DNA from: an uncultured delta proteobacterium
Lineage (GTDB): Bacteria; Desulfobacterota; Desulfomonilia; UBA1062
Direction of reading: 5' to 3'
Assembly: GCA_963798485.1 (NCBI GenBank)
Contig: CAWCTR010000007.1
Coordinates: forward strand, 1-64,000
DNA: 64,000 bases
In this document: piece by piece, positions 10,673-20,171 of the stretch
How the letters are laid out: each line of letters opens with the position of its first letter
Position numbering within the stretch: the first letter of the stretch is position 1
Program-made: the position numbers and the translations under genes
Notes under the pieces: model-generated
Told to the model about the DNA's origin: nothing
The model's database searches: none
What the model saw: the letters and a program-made list of their open reading frames with translations, nothing else

Positions 10673-11665
10673 TTATGGTTCCTCGATAATTTTTTTTATT
10701 TTCTCGATAGATTTTCTTGCCACTTCCTGGACATCAAAGGATTCATTTTCTGTTGTAAGCAATTTTTTCAAAGGTTCTATAGCTCTCTTATCCTTGATCT
10801 TTCCGAGGGCTTCTGCAGCCCTTAATTTCACATAAATAGAGTCATCCGTCAAAGCCCCAATTAGAGCGTCTAACGCTTTCGGATCTCTAGTCCCAAGATG
10901 CCCGAGAATCTTTGCTGCTCTCCATCTTACGCTACTATCCCTATCTTTAAGATCCGCAATCGATGCATCTATATTGAATGCATAGTTGACCTCTGCTTTG
11001 TCTTTTGTCAATAGCTTGAGCATTATATCTAATACTCGATCTGAGTTCTCAAAAAACTTACGTGCGAAATGTTTGCTTCTTCTTGGACGTTCAATAAAAT
11101 CGTTCAGATACTCTAAATCGTTAAGCCGATATGTGCTATTGCCATCCATAAATATATATGTTTTTTCATATTCATCTATTATTTCATTTAAACAAGACTC
11201 TATTGAGTATAGATATAGAGCGATATCTCTGGCTTTCAAGAATAGATCTGTATTCTCAGCTTCTTTTTTAAGATATTCAAATTTCAATTGGACATCTATT
11301 AGTGAAAGCATTTGCTCATTATATATCTCTACTTTTATTGTTGACTTATCGGCAGATAAAGCTCTTGCTCTCAATATTCGTCTTATTCGTTTAGATGAAT
11401 TGTAGGCAGATAAAAAGTCTTTTAAGAATTTTCGGTATAGATCCCTCTGTGCCTCATATTGTTTTTGCGCTCTCCTATATTCTGAGAGCCACCAAGGGAG
11501 CATTAATGTCCCAATCACAACTATGAAAGCAAATTGATAGGTGACCTTAATGACTTCGATATATAGCTGTGTCAGCTGTTTAGCATTTGAAAAAATGGGA
11601 TAAACCCACAAGGTTAGAGCAAAAGCTACTGCTACGACCAAAATGGAAAAAGCACATAAGGCCAA
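10673..11665 (-). CDS. Membrane protein: two N-terminal TM helices, helical middle domain, C-terminal HEAT/PBS-lyase repeats
   Basis: Hydrophobic segments at about aa 3-25 and 42-60; DRDSSVRWRAAKILG / DDSIYVKLRAAEALGKIKDKRAIEPL repeats; visibly AT-rich; start codon uncertain (TTG). Confidence 0.8.
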   Translation of the reverse strand: MALCAFSILVVAVAFALTLWVYPIFSNAKQLTQLYIEVIKVTYQFAFIVVIGTLMLPWWLSEYRRAQKQYEAQRDLYRKFLKDFLSAYNSSKRIRRILRARALSADKSTIKVEIYNEQMLSLIDVQLKFEYLKKEAENTDLFLKARDIALYLYSIESCLNEIIDEYEKTYIFMDGNSTYRLNDLEYLNDFIERPRRSKHFARKFFENSDRVLDIMLKLLTKDKAEVNYAFNIDASIADLKDRDSSVRWRAAKILGHLGTRDPKALDALIGALTDDSIYVKLRAAEALGKIKDKRAIEPLKKLLTTENESFDVQEVARKSIEKIKKIIEEP

Positions 11666-11752
11666 TTTTATTTTTCTTTGCGGAGGTCCCGTTTTGAATC
11701 ACCCTAATTATTTCATGCAGGATCTTCAGTCGTTGGTTGTTTACATCGATTA

Positions 11753-12715
11753 CTATCCTTTTGCTAAGATCAGGTTATCCAATTCGTGAATTTTCAGATC
11801 GGCTATTAGTTTCTGGTTTTTTTCATGCGTAATTTCGTTTTGTCGAGTTAATGCTTTAAATAGTGGTGATTCTAGCATTGATAAGATTCGGTCTCCCTCT
11901 TTGCTGAGGCGATTTGCATCTTTCTGCCCTTCGGCGCGATTACCCTTGCGCTCAACGCCAAGCATAATATTGAGATAATCACGCACAAAAGCATCTGTCT
12001 TTAGATTGTCAAATTTTGGATCACTGGCCCCCTTAAGCCGTGATAACAAGTTCTCGCTGCTTATCCACTCTCCTGGATTTGAGATATTAAATTCCTTCAG
12101 CTCGTGCAGGACTGCCTGATAGCGCTCATCTAGCGAGGTTTTGAATACATAAAGATCTCTGAAATCGAACCTGCTTTTATCGTTACTAAATGGCTGTAAG
12201 TATTTATTATCAGCTCTATCGGCAACGAAAGTATAGTAAAGATATGGGATTAATCCACTTAGATAAGCAGTCTGCATTATAGCTGCATTAAGCACATTTG
12301 ATCCTCCTGTGATGTTAGCCCAAATATGGTTCCCAACATCGCCAGGTCTATGGAACTTGAGAAGGGTTTTTGCAATAGTATCAAAACAATCTCCCAAGTT
12401 GTTCACATCCAAATCGCATACGAAGTAATCTCCATCGCCAATTTCTGTGTAGAGATATTCAGCAATTATGTCGAGCGAATTTTCCCTACCGGCCCATTTC
12501 TTAACAATGGCCCTTTCCTTCATGTAATCATTATAAATTATGTCAGAATTCGCTTTCACATTGCCATTTATGATTCCAGCAGATGTGAAAATTACAACTT
12601 TTTCGACAATTTTTCCATATTCTGGGGAGTCCTTTCGTTCGCGCTTCAGATAAGATAGACCGGCGGTTACAGCTCCTGGTGATGTGCCCAATCCGCAAAA
12701 ATGAGTAATACCCAT
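11753..12715 (-). CDS. CARF domain protein with probable C-terminal winged helix-turn-helix
   Basis: GLGTSPGAVT (CARF motif I), VVIFTS, IWANITGGSN (variant of DxTGGxK), YLYY. The C-terminal ISSENLLSRLK...NRLSKEG looks like a wHTH; no HEPN Rx4H or PD-(D/E)xK motif recognised. Confidence 0.75.
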   Translation of the reverse strand: MGITHFCGLGTSPGAVTAGLSYLKRERKDSPEYGKIVEKVVIFTSAGIINGNVKANSDIIYNDYMKERAIVKKWAGRENSLDIIAEYLYTEIGDGDYFVCDLDVNNLGDCFDTIAKTLLKFHRPGDVGNHIWANITGGSNVLNAAIMQTAYLSGLIPYLYYTFVADRADNKYLQPFSNDKSRFDFRDLYVFKTSLDERYQAVLHELKEFNISNPGEWISSENLLSRLKGASDPKFDNLKTDAFVRDYLNIMLGVERKGNRAEGQKDANRLSKEGDRILSMLESPLFKALTRQNEITHEKNQKLIADLKIHELDNLILAKG

Positions 12716-12803
12716 TATCTCACCTGAATCATGTATCCTGTCTTTTCGTCAATAGATATTAGGTTGAGAACTGGATGGCCACTCGTAATGCGCATCATGC
12801 TCT

Positions 12804-14093
12804 TCACTTCCTTCGCCGTTCCTTCATCTTGCGTATCGACTCCTCCATTGATCCAGGAACGACAAAATCGTACACATCGCCGCTGATCCCTGCAACCTCC
12901 AGTAGAACCTTCCGGCCTATCTCCCAAGATGGAAGCTTTCCACCCTTGACAGCCCTCAAGAATCCGCCGAAACCATCATCCGCTCTAAAATATAACCGAT
13001 TATAACCCTTGGGATCAACTTCTCTAACAGCCTCTATTTTGACCCCTTTGCTATAATTGGGCTTCATAACATCGCTTTCAACCACTGACACAGGTGCCTT
13101 GGATCTACTTTCCTCTCCGGTCATCATTTGGGCGCCAATCTTAGAACTTGCTTCAATCGTGGGAGATGAAACTATTTCGGAGGCTCTATCGGTCGCCATT
13201 TGTGTTACTTCCGATACATGTTCCTCGATGCACCCTTCGTTTGCCGTTATCCTCAGCCTTCCATAGCCCGAATTGGTCTTGCCTCCAATTCCCCAATCTT
13301 TGAGGGCATCTGTCAGCAGGTCAAAGGCTAGTTCGGCCCACTTTTGCCCCTCTACTTTATTCTCAGCTTCACACATTTCCCCGACAACATCACAAGAGAC
13401 TACAATATGGAATGTCCCAACTATTGAGAGAAAAGTCACGGGATTCGGACTGTCGAAGTCAGTAGGTGCAGTGGGTTCACCTGAGGGCAGGATCGTGCCT
13501 GAATAGTAATCACCGTGATGTGGAGTCATGACATCTGTCTTTAGTGAATCTACCACGCTATTTGGTGTAATCCAAGCATCATGGAAGATAATGTGCCCTG
13601 AGTCCTTGTCGACTGAGTCAGCTGTGCTTCCGAAGATGGCCTTGTGGTATATTTCGTCTCGTTTGAATCCCGGCTTCTCTGCTCCCCTGCCCCAAATGCG
13701 ATCACAGTAGTTAGAAGCCAGCCCCTTTAACGCAGTTCCAGGAATGATGGGGGTCCCGTAAGTATGGTGAAGGGTGATCCCGGTCTCAAGCACGTTCTCA
13801 CCGCCAAGACCTATTATCAGCCTTCCCACTGTCTCAAACTCTCCTTCTTCCTTAGGGCTGTGGATCAAATTCTTCTGCCTACTAAAAGTTAATCGATAGA
13901 CTTCGGTCGAGTTTTGCAAGGATTTTTGCATCTCCGCAAAGAGCTCCTTCCGAGCCTTGTGAAACTCGTCTTTTTTCTCATTGTTCTCTTTTTCCTGAAC
14001 TTGAAGGAACCTATCCCTGAGGAGGCCAGCGTTAGCACCGCTCCCCCTCCTCCAATCTGAGATGTCACGCCTGCATGCCTCAGCCACAATCAA
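12804..14093 (-). CDS. cmr6: Type III-B RAMP subunit Cmr6 with C-terminal extension
   Basis: GRLIIGLG...LETGITLHHTYGTPIIPGTALKG, DVMTPHH, PTDFDSPNPV, GIGGKTNSGYG. Confidence 0.95.
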   Translation of the reverse strand: MIVAEACRRDISDWRRGSGANAGLLRDRFLQVQEKENNEKKDEFHKARKELFAEMQKSLQNSTEVYRLTFSRQKNLIHSPKEEGEFETVGRLIIGLGGENVLETGITLHHTYGTPIIPGTALKGLASNYCDRIWGRGAEKPGFKRDEIYHKAIFGSTADSVDKDSGHIIFHDAWITPNSVVDSLKTDVMTPHHGDYYSGTILPSGEPTAPTDFDSPNPVTFLSIVGTFHIVVSCDVVGEMCEAENKVEGQKWAELAFDLLTDALKDWGIGGKTNSGYGRLRITANEGCIEEHVSEVTQMATDRASEIVSSPTIEASSKIGAQMMTGEESRSKAPVSVVESDVMKPNYSKGVKIEAVREVDPKGYNRLYFRADDGFGGFLRAVKGGKLPSWEIGRKVLLEVAGISGDVYDFVVPGSMEESIRKMKERRRK

Positions 14094-14482
14094 TCCCTCT
14101 TAATCTCCAGCTCCTTCTCGTCTTTCTCCAGTAGCGCCTCAGAGTAGCGTTTAAGCCAAGTTGCAGCCTCAATTGCCTCAAAGGATAGCCGCTGGTACTC
14201 CATTAAGCCTGCCTCCCTGCTAGCCTTGCCAAGGTCTTCATTCTCATTACTTGACATTACCTTGGCGAGATGCTTAAGATAACCGGTTTTCTTTTCTTTG
14301 GCATCTACGAAGGCAATAGTTTGAGCAAGGCCGCATGCCTGAACCAAGGCCGGAAACTTCTTGGCCAAATTAACGTACTTCTCCTTTGCCCCTTGATTTA
14401 CCTCTGGCAAGGATTCGATCTCTTTAACGCAAGCATAGGCAAGTTGTGCTCGCTTTTGCTGACTTGTCTGAGCTGGTGACAT
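14090..14482 (-). CDS. cmr5: Type III-B small subunit Cmr5
   Basis: QKRAQLAY, KFPALVQACGLAQTIAF, WLKRYSEA; lies between cmr4 and cmr6. Confidence 0.93.
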   Translation of the reverse strand: MSPAQTSQQKRAQLAYACVKEIESLPEVNQGAKEKYVNLAKKFPALVQACGLAQTIAFVDAKEKKTGYLKHLAKVMSSNENEDLGKASREAGLMEYQRLSFEAIEAATWLKRYSEALLEKDEKELEIKRD

Positions 14483-14491
14483 AGCATAGCC

Positions 14492-15406
14492 TCAATGGAA
14501 CAGGCATCTCGCTCTGCCTTTTCCTACAGTTGCCTTTCCCCCAATTTGAAGATCTAAGCCTTTCGTAGGACGGAGCCTATCCAAGATATCTTTTTCAGTT
14601 ATGTTATACTTACCAAATATTTTGTCGCACCACGCGATTCCAGCCAGTATAGCTTCCGCAGGAAGCGCTTCCTCATACCATAGAGCATGTTTAGAGACTA
14701 TCTTCTTGTCGTCATCGATTTTGATGTGTGCAGCTACCTCCGTCCCTGTCATCGAAAGGAAGTTGAAACAATCATCAGAGATCACGGCGAAGCGATCTTT
14801 GAATATTTGCTGCCAGGTATTATCCTGCGGAAAGAGAAGTCCTGCAAACTTCTCGGCCCAGCTTTCTGCTGCTACATCTGGCTTTGCAGTGAAGTCCAGA
14901 TCCTCCAAGAAGACCTTACCGTCGACATACAACTTCGATCCTGTGAGAAAAATCTCTTTTTCGCTTGGATTTGGAGTTGATGGCAGGCCGTCACTTCCTG
15001 TTGCAGCCATATCCCTCCTTAGCCTTTCAAGCACAAATGGACTTGTGACATAGGCGAAGGTGCCATAGAGACTGCGAACTGGCAGACAGACAATTCTGGC
15101 ATCTGTCAAGACTAGGCTCCCAGAATTAGCGTTTCCGCTATCATCTTCTGGTTTTCCAAAAAGAGCATTAATCAGCTCATCCCACTTTTTTCTCTCGTTC
15201 TCATCTTTCTCAGCCTCCTTTTTCTGATAGAAGTAGTCCCTCATTACACCCTTGACTGCAGATCCTGGCACCATCGGCCAATTCGTGACCTTCTCCCTCA
15301 TGATCGGCATATCGATGAATCCGACTCCTTTACCAGAGCCCACATGAAGTGGAGTGATCGCCTGCAGCCAGTACATCATCCTCATATTGATTGCCAAATC
15401 ATTCAC
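14492..15406 (-). CDS. cmr4: Type III-B backbone RNase Cmr4
   Basis: TPLHVGSG...IDMPIMRE (catalytic Asp present), PGSAVKG, LWYEEALP, QIGGKATVGKG. Confidence 0.97.
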   Translation of the reverse strand: MNDLAINMRMMYWLQAITPLHVGSGKGVGFIDMPIMREKVTNWPMVPGSAVKGVMRDYFYQKKEAEKDENERKKWDELINALFGKPEDDSGNANSGSLVLTDARIVCLPVRSLYGTFAYVTSPFVLERLRRDMAATGSDGLPSTPNPSEKEIFLTGSKLYVDGKVFLEDLDFTAKPDVAAESWAEKFAGLLFPQDNTWQQIFKDRFAVISDDCFNFLSMTGTEVAAHIKIDDDKKIVSKHALWYEEALPAEAILAGIAWCDKIFGKYNITEKDILDRLRPTKGLDLQIGGKATVGKGRARCLFH

Positions 15407-15408
15407 CC

Positions 15409-16692
15409 CTATTTCTTGTCTTTCTTATGTTCATCATCAAAAAAGTTCCAAACGCCCCATAATGCAAGGCCGAAACCATCTCGCCAGTCCTGCCCATCTG
15501 ATTCTTTATCGCTGACCGACCTTAGCCAGAGTCTTTCGGCCAGTGCTGAGCCGTCGCCTGCAAGAACCTCAAAGAAGTAAACAGCACCAGATGGAACAAG
15601 TCTTCGAATTGGCTTTGGACCTGGCCTCGGGCCGTTCTTACGACACTCAAGACTCCATCCGGAAATGGGCTTCCATCGATCAATCGATGCTGAGATCAGT
15701 CTTAATTTCAAGTCTGCCGGATCATCGAGAGGGGGAGTGCCAACGATCGAGCCCCCCTCAAGCTTCAGCCAGCCTGGAAGCCATCCCTGAGAGAACACTG
15801 CAGGAGTTGCCAAGACCATACGAACTCGCTGTTTACCAGTCCTCTTCTTTTGATCGTCCAAGGCCTGGCGAATCTCCTCAGGGAAACTCCAGACCTTCTG
15901 CATACTATTGGTCGCTTCAGTTTTCCAGTGGGCAAGACGCCTCTCGCCTCCAAATGTGCCAAATGAATCGATTAATTCTAATTTCTTTTCAAAGATTCCG
16001 GTAGCATCAAACCTTGCAGCAAGCTGTATTCCTTTGGGCTGTCCCTCGTGAGAGAGATCCAGCCCAACAGTCGTGAAGAGCATACCTTCATCCGATGATC
16101 CAAGTTCAGGAGAGATCTGGACATGGACTCTCGAATCTTTCTGAGGATAGGGAAGAAAATCCGTTCCAGAATTAACTTTCTCGGGGTCCGGAGGAGCCTC
16201 GAATTCCTTTCCTAGAGGATCTTTCAGCCACTTAATCATCATTTCCGCCGACCAGAAGTAAGGTACTGCAGCTTGCTTGAAAATCCTGCACGTCGTAGGA
16301 AGCAACGTCGGAAGAAGATTTCCTGCCGGCAGATCGCAGCCTTCACACTCTTTACCCTCCAACATTTCTTTAAGCTTTATGGGTCGAAGGGCGTATGCTT
16401 GGCGCTTATTCCCGTCATCGCGGACAAGAAGGTCTTTAGGAACGGGAAAGAAGAGCTTGCCGCCCCATAGAGGCAAAGGTCCAGAGACGGAGACATTCTT
16501 CAGAGCGTTAATAATTCCTGCATCCTTAAAGTCTGTTCCTATCTGATTTCCAATTATCGTTCTCAATGAGCCTGCTAGGACCGAGGGATATGGCCAGTTT
16601 AAAGAGCGCATCCGCCTTTGGCCGATCCCAAAGGGACGGCCATCCCTGGCAATGATCGGGTCATGGGGTGTAATGGTCAGATATGTTTCCAT
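15409..16692 (-). CDS. cmr3: Type III-B subunit Cmr3
   Basis: PHDPIIARDGRPF, WPYPSVLAGSLRT, FGGERRLA, LATPAVF, VPSGAVYFF, RDGFGLAL. Confidence 0.96.
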   Translation of the reverse strand: METYLTITPHDPIIARDGRPFGIGQRRMRSLNWPYPSVLAGSLRTIIGNQIGTDFKDAGIINALKNVSVSGPLPLWGGKLFFPVPKDLLVRDDGNKRQAYALRPIKLKEMLEGKECEGCDLPAGNLLPTLLPTTCRIFKQAAVPYFWSAEMMIKWLKDPLGKEFEAPPDPEKVNSGTDFLPYPQKDSRVHVQISPELGSSDEGMLFTTVGLDLSHEGQPKGIQLAARFDATGIFEKKLELIDSFGTFGGERRLAHWKTEATNSMQKVWSFPEEIRQALDDQKKRTGKQRVRMVLATPAVFSQGWLPGWLKLEGGSIVGTPPLDDPADLKLRLISASIDRWKPISGWSLECRKNGPRPGPKPIRRLVPSGAVYFFEVLAGDGSALAERLWLRSVSDKESDGQDWRDGFGLALWGVWNFFDDEHKKDKK

Positions 16693-18719
16693 CAGCAGAC
16701 CACCTCGTCAGTCTTCATTTTCTTCTGGTTGTTCCATTTTGCCTGCTTCATCGCGGACGCTATTTGTCGGGCTAGGATCAGCTCGTCAGCCCTCCTTCCG
16801 ATCTTTTCGTAAGAACCAACTCCGGCTAATAAGCTCTCGATCTCCTCTCTCTTTAAGACCTCTGAGCTTATGCCGCCTGCCTTCTTACGTTTGAGAAGCC
16901 TCCAAGAATCTGCAATAATAAGCTTTTCAAGCTCCTTCTTGGAAATCCCTTCCCAGTTTTTATAATCCTCTGCCAGCTCATGCATGTCGTAGGCAGCGCT
17001 GTCAGGCAGCTCATCCTCACAATGCATCTCTGCCCATCTGAGGAGACGCTTATCGAGGCTGACTTCGCCCTCGGGGTCCCATCTCTCTCGAATTTTGGTT
17101 GGGGCACCGCTTCTTGGGTAGAGGTGGACTGCAAGGCCATTTCTCTCGTCATCAGGTCCTGTTCCCTTCTTTGCCGCCTCTTCAGCTCCCCTTCCTGCGC
17201 TCAGCAGATCTTCTAGAGGTTCCATTGAGTGACCAATGGCAATCCCTACTGAAAGACTTGGTTTGATAGTCTTGTTTCCTTCACTGTATGCAAAGCCTTT
17301 CAAGAGCTTTCCGAAACAATCATGCAGCTCCCTGGCAGCCCGAAGGCAGAAGTCCAATGGAAGAAAAGCCAAGACGTCGTCTCCACCTGAATATACCAAA
17401 CAGCCATGATTATTTTTGTCAACTATTTCTCTGGCCTTCTTGGCAAACTCTGCAAGCTTTTTCGAAAGGCTGCGATGCTGCTGCATATCTTCTCTGGCTG
17501 AGATCACTTTTCCCATTCGGTCGCCATCAGCTACCAGAATCGCAAAATAGCGCCCAGGCTCTCCCAATCCGAAACATTTCTCTTCATCCTTTTTCTCGCA
17601 GCTTTTCTGCAGTCTCTCGACAAATCCTTTTATCTCTTTCAGGTCGTTCCTGTCGCTGTCAGAGAGTTGAGACTCCCAGCCATTCCAGCGCTCACGGTTC
17701 TTCTCATTTGTGTCTATGCTCCTATCTTTAGCCTTCATCATTCTTGCAATTCTGGGAAGATATAGAAGCTGGCCATCGAAGGGAAAACAGTTATAGCGTC
17801 GCTCTCCATTGGGCTGCGACCCAGTTCCCTGGGCGATATAGCCATTTTCTTTTCCATCCTTCTTGCCTTCTGCTCTGATATTTTCGTCACATTTGCGTTT
17901 GATATCATCTAAGAGAGCCCTGGCACCTTCTTCCGACTGGTTGACTCCTCGGATCCATGTATCGAGGGATACTCGCACAATGGATGGAAAAGCCTCAAGC
18001 TTCATCGAAGACAAATCTTCATTATCCTTTTCCTTACGTCGACCAAGCCTCTTGGTCAGGCCAACAGCGCAGAGCTGCTCTCCGGCCTGAAGCCGCATCT
18101 TTAAAACCAGCTCCTTGGGAATATCTTTGCTCTTTTCGAGGATGCTCTCTCTGGCTCCGTCGAGGGAGGACTTTGGGATTCCAGGATACTTCCTCTTTGG
18201 TTGATCGAAGTTCCTGATAGCCTTCCTGCCATCCAGAAGACGCATCAATCTTTCACGATCTTTTCGATAATATTCTGGACGATCATCTCTGAAGGGCACC
18301 CAGGCCGAATAAAACTCGATGACATCACAGACCTGCTCCATCCATATCTCCTCACGAACAAATCCAGGTGCCAGATAATCTGCCAGATCTTTAGCACCCG
18401 CAGCATAGCGCATCCATTCTTTGCGCGCAGCATCCTTAGCACGCTCATTCAACTCGGTGGGATTTTCTCCTTCTCTCAGTTTAGCGAGAATTATGTTAGC
18501 GACATTAAAAGCTCCTGGTTTAGGATCCGGTTTCAGCTCTTCATCTCCTACATTCAGAGCAGGAAAGATGAGTTCCCCAGATCCTGCTATCTCCTTAGCA
18601 GCGGCCTTACTGATCTCAGAGAGAAGATGAGATCCGAACCACAGGTCTCGCGTGCGACGGGCTGAAACAATGAAGTCCTGCACAGGGCCGATGGATAGTA
18701 CATAAAGATATGAGGTCAT
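16692..18719 (-). CDS. cas10: Cas10/Cmr2 lacking HD nuclease domain, Palm GGDD intact
   Basis: Starts directly at SIGPVQDFIVSARRTRDLWFGS; ADGDRMG and YSGGDDVLAF present. Confidence 0.97.
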   Translation of the reverse strand: MTSYLYVLSIGPVQDFIVSARRTRDLWFGSHLLSEISKAAAKEIAGSGELIFPALNVGDEELKPDPKPGAFNVANIILAKLREGENPTELNERAKDAARKEWMRYAAGAKDLADYLAPGFVREEIWMEQVCDVIEFYSAWVPFRDDRPEYYRKDRERLMRLLDGRKAIRNFDQPKRKYPGIPKSSLDGARESILEKSKDIPKELVLKMRLQAGEQLCAVGLTKRLGRRKEKDNEDLSSMKLEAFPSIVRVSLDTWIRGVNQSEEGARALLDDIKRKCDENIRAEGKKDGKENGYIAQGTGSQPNGERRYNCFPFDGQLLYLPRIARMMKAKDRSIDTNEKNRERWNGWESQLSDSDRNDLKEIKGFVERLQKSCEKKDEEKCFGLGEPGRYFAILVADGDRMGKVISAREDMQQHRSLSKKLAEFAKKAREIVDKNNHGCLVYSGGDDVLAFLPLDFCLRAARELHDCFGKLLKGFAYSEGNKTIKPSLSVGIAIGHSMEPLEDLLSAGRGAEEAAKKGTGPDDERNGLAVHLYPRSGAPTKIRERWDPEGEVSLDKRLLRWAEMHCEDELPDSAAYDMHELAEDYKNWEGISKKELEKLIIADSWRLLKRKKAGGISSEVLKREEIESLLAGVGSYEKIGRRADELILARQIASAMKQAKWNNQKKMKTDEVVC

Positions 18720-20146
18720 GGGAACACCGGCACAAATCCATTTTCTTTCGCATAAGCTAAGAATGCATCAACTGCGGATCCTGTCCTGAGTCCCCGATTC
18801 ATCGGAGAATCCTTATAATGTGCAAGTTTTGCATCTGTTATTTGACTACCCATGAGAGGTTGAGGTTTTGCTAAATCCGAGTTGCCAGGTTTTAGGTAAG
18901 CAGAATCCAAAGTAGTTTTATTCAATCTGATGATCATAGATGCAAATTTACTGTCCCTAAATTTAATTGGTCTCAATATGAGTGGGCTTGCCATTCGATC
19001 ATTTTTTTCATCTCTCTGTAATGTTGGCTTTATGTTAACTCCCCCCGGAGTCAAACTCTCTTTGCGGATCTCTATGATAATAGGCATGCCGAATTCTGCT
19101 CTCGGAAATGCAATAATAGGTATTCTCGGATCCTTGTCATGCCAACTTGGTCTGCTCTTTAAATCGTTTGTCTTAAGCACAAGTTCTCTGACAGATTCCG
19201 CTTCAGGCCATCGAGAACGCCCATGCCCACTATCGCGTCCAATATTTGCTCCTTGACGTAAGTCCTTCAACACTTCAATAGAAGTTTCCCAGCAAGAGAT
19301 CGCATTTAATCCAATTTTGAGACGGATTTCCCCAATTGTGGGCCAATCGTTAGTTGAGGTATGATATTTCAAACCATATTTCGACATGCGATTTGTCATC
19401 CAATCTTTGAATGTTTCAAAAGATTGTGGCATGAGTTCCGGATCTTCCGGCTTGCAATGGAGGCAATACAACGCACCGCATCCTCTTCTTGTTCTCGCTC
19501 CGATACCGCCAAAGTTTATCCAAGCCCAAACAGCCGACTCAACATCTCTCTTAATGTCATCATCACTATCGCCTAACAAAGAGAGGCCCTTTTTCGCCCG
19601 TTGACCATTATAATCAGCACGAAGACGATACATATGATTTTCATTGGCGATAACCACTTTCAAGCTGAATCTAGCAGAGCAAATCATTTTTGCAGGAAAT
19701 TTCCGATCTTTGCTGTTAGGTGCAGTCCCCTGAAATGGAAATAATGCATAAGGAAGAGAACGGCCCCCGACATTCAATTGGCTAGACCAACGAAGATCAA
19801 AACCTTTTCGACCATCTCGCTCTTTGTAGTGAGCGCACTCAACTGGCTCGGTATATGACCACATAGTGACTTCGATTTCCACAGGGCTCGGATTCTCAGT
19901 CGTCCCCCAGATCTCCCCTTCTCTCTGCTTTAGTTCCTTCACCGAGTCGCAGCTCGCCCCGCGTGTCGCCCTCCACCAGAAACGCAGATGTCCACGAATG
20001 CTCGACGGGCGGATGGGCGTAATGGGATCGTTTACTCCGGCCTCGACCCCGCCTCCAAATATGGGAGTAATAACTTGAATTTCGTATGTATTAGTGATCG
20101 AATCTGAATGAAGCTCTTCCTTCCGTGGCTTCTCGGGACATTTCAA
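18716..20146 (-). CDS. cmr1: Type III-B subunit Cmr1
   Basis: ITPIFGGG, IRPSSIRGHLRFWWRA, FGGIGARTRRGCG, PRAEFGMPI, RMASPLILRP. Confidence 0.96.
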   Translation of the reverse strand: MKCPEKPRKEELHSDSITNTYEIQVITPIFGGGVEAGVNDPITPIRPSSIRGHLRFWWRATRGASCDSVKELKQREGEIWGTTENPSPVEIEVTMWSYTEPVECAHYKERDGRKGFDLRWSSQLNVGGRSLPYALFPFQGTAPNSKDRKFPAKMICSARFSLKVVIANENHMYRLRADYNGQRAKKGLSLLGDSDDDIKRDVESAVWAWINFGGIGARTRRGCGALYCLHCKPEDPELMPQSFETFKDWMTNRMSKYGLKYHTSTNDWPTIGEIRLKIGLNAISCWETSIEVLKDLRQGANIGRDSGHGRSRWPEAESVRELVLKTNDLKSRPSWHDKDPRIPIIAFPRAEFGMPIIIEIRKESLTPGGVNIKPTLQRDEKNDRMASPLILRPIKFRDSKFASMIIRLNKTTLDSAYLKPGNSDLAKPQPLMGSQITDAKLAHYKDSPMNRGLRTGSAVDAFLAYAKENGFVPVFP

Positions 20147-20171
20147 TCCTCCAAAATTACGCGGCGTAAAA

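Noticed and set aside
12715-12927. 70-aa ORF between cmr6 and the CARF gene
   Set aside because: Mostly overlaps cmr6 in another frame; no features.
16692-18719. SAM-AMP/CorA-type signalling by this Cas10
   Set aside because: No CorA, NrN, DEDD or SAM-lyase gene present; CARF and Csx3 point to cyclic oligoadenylate.
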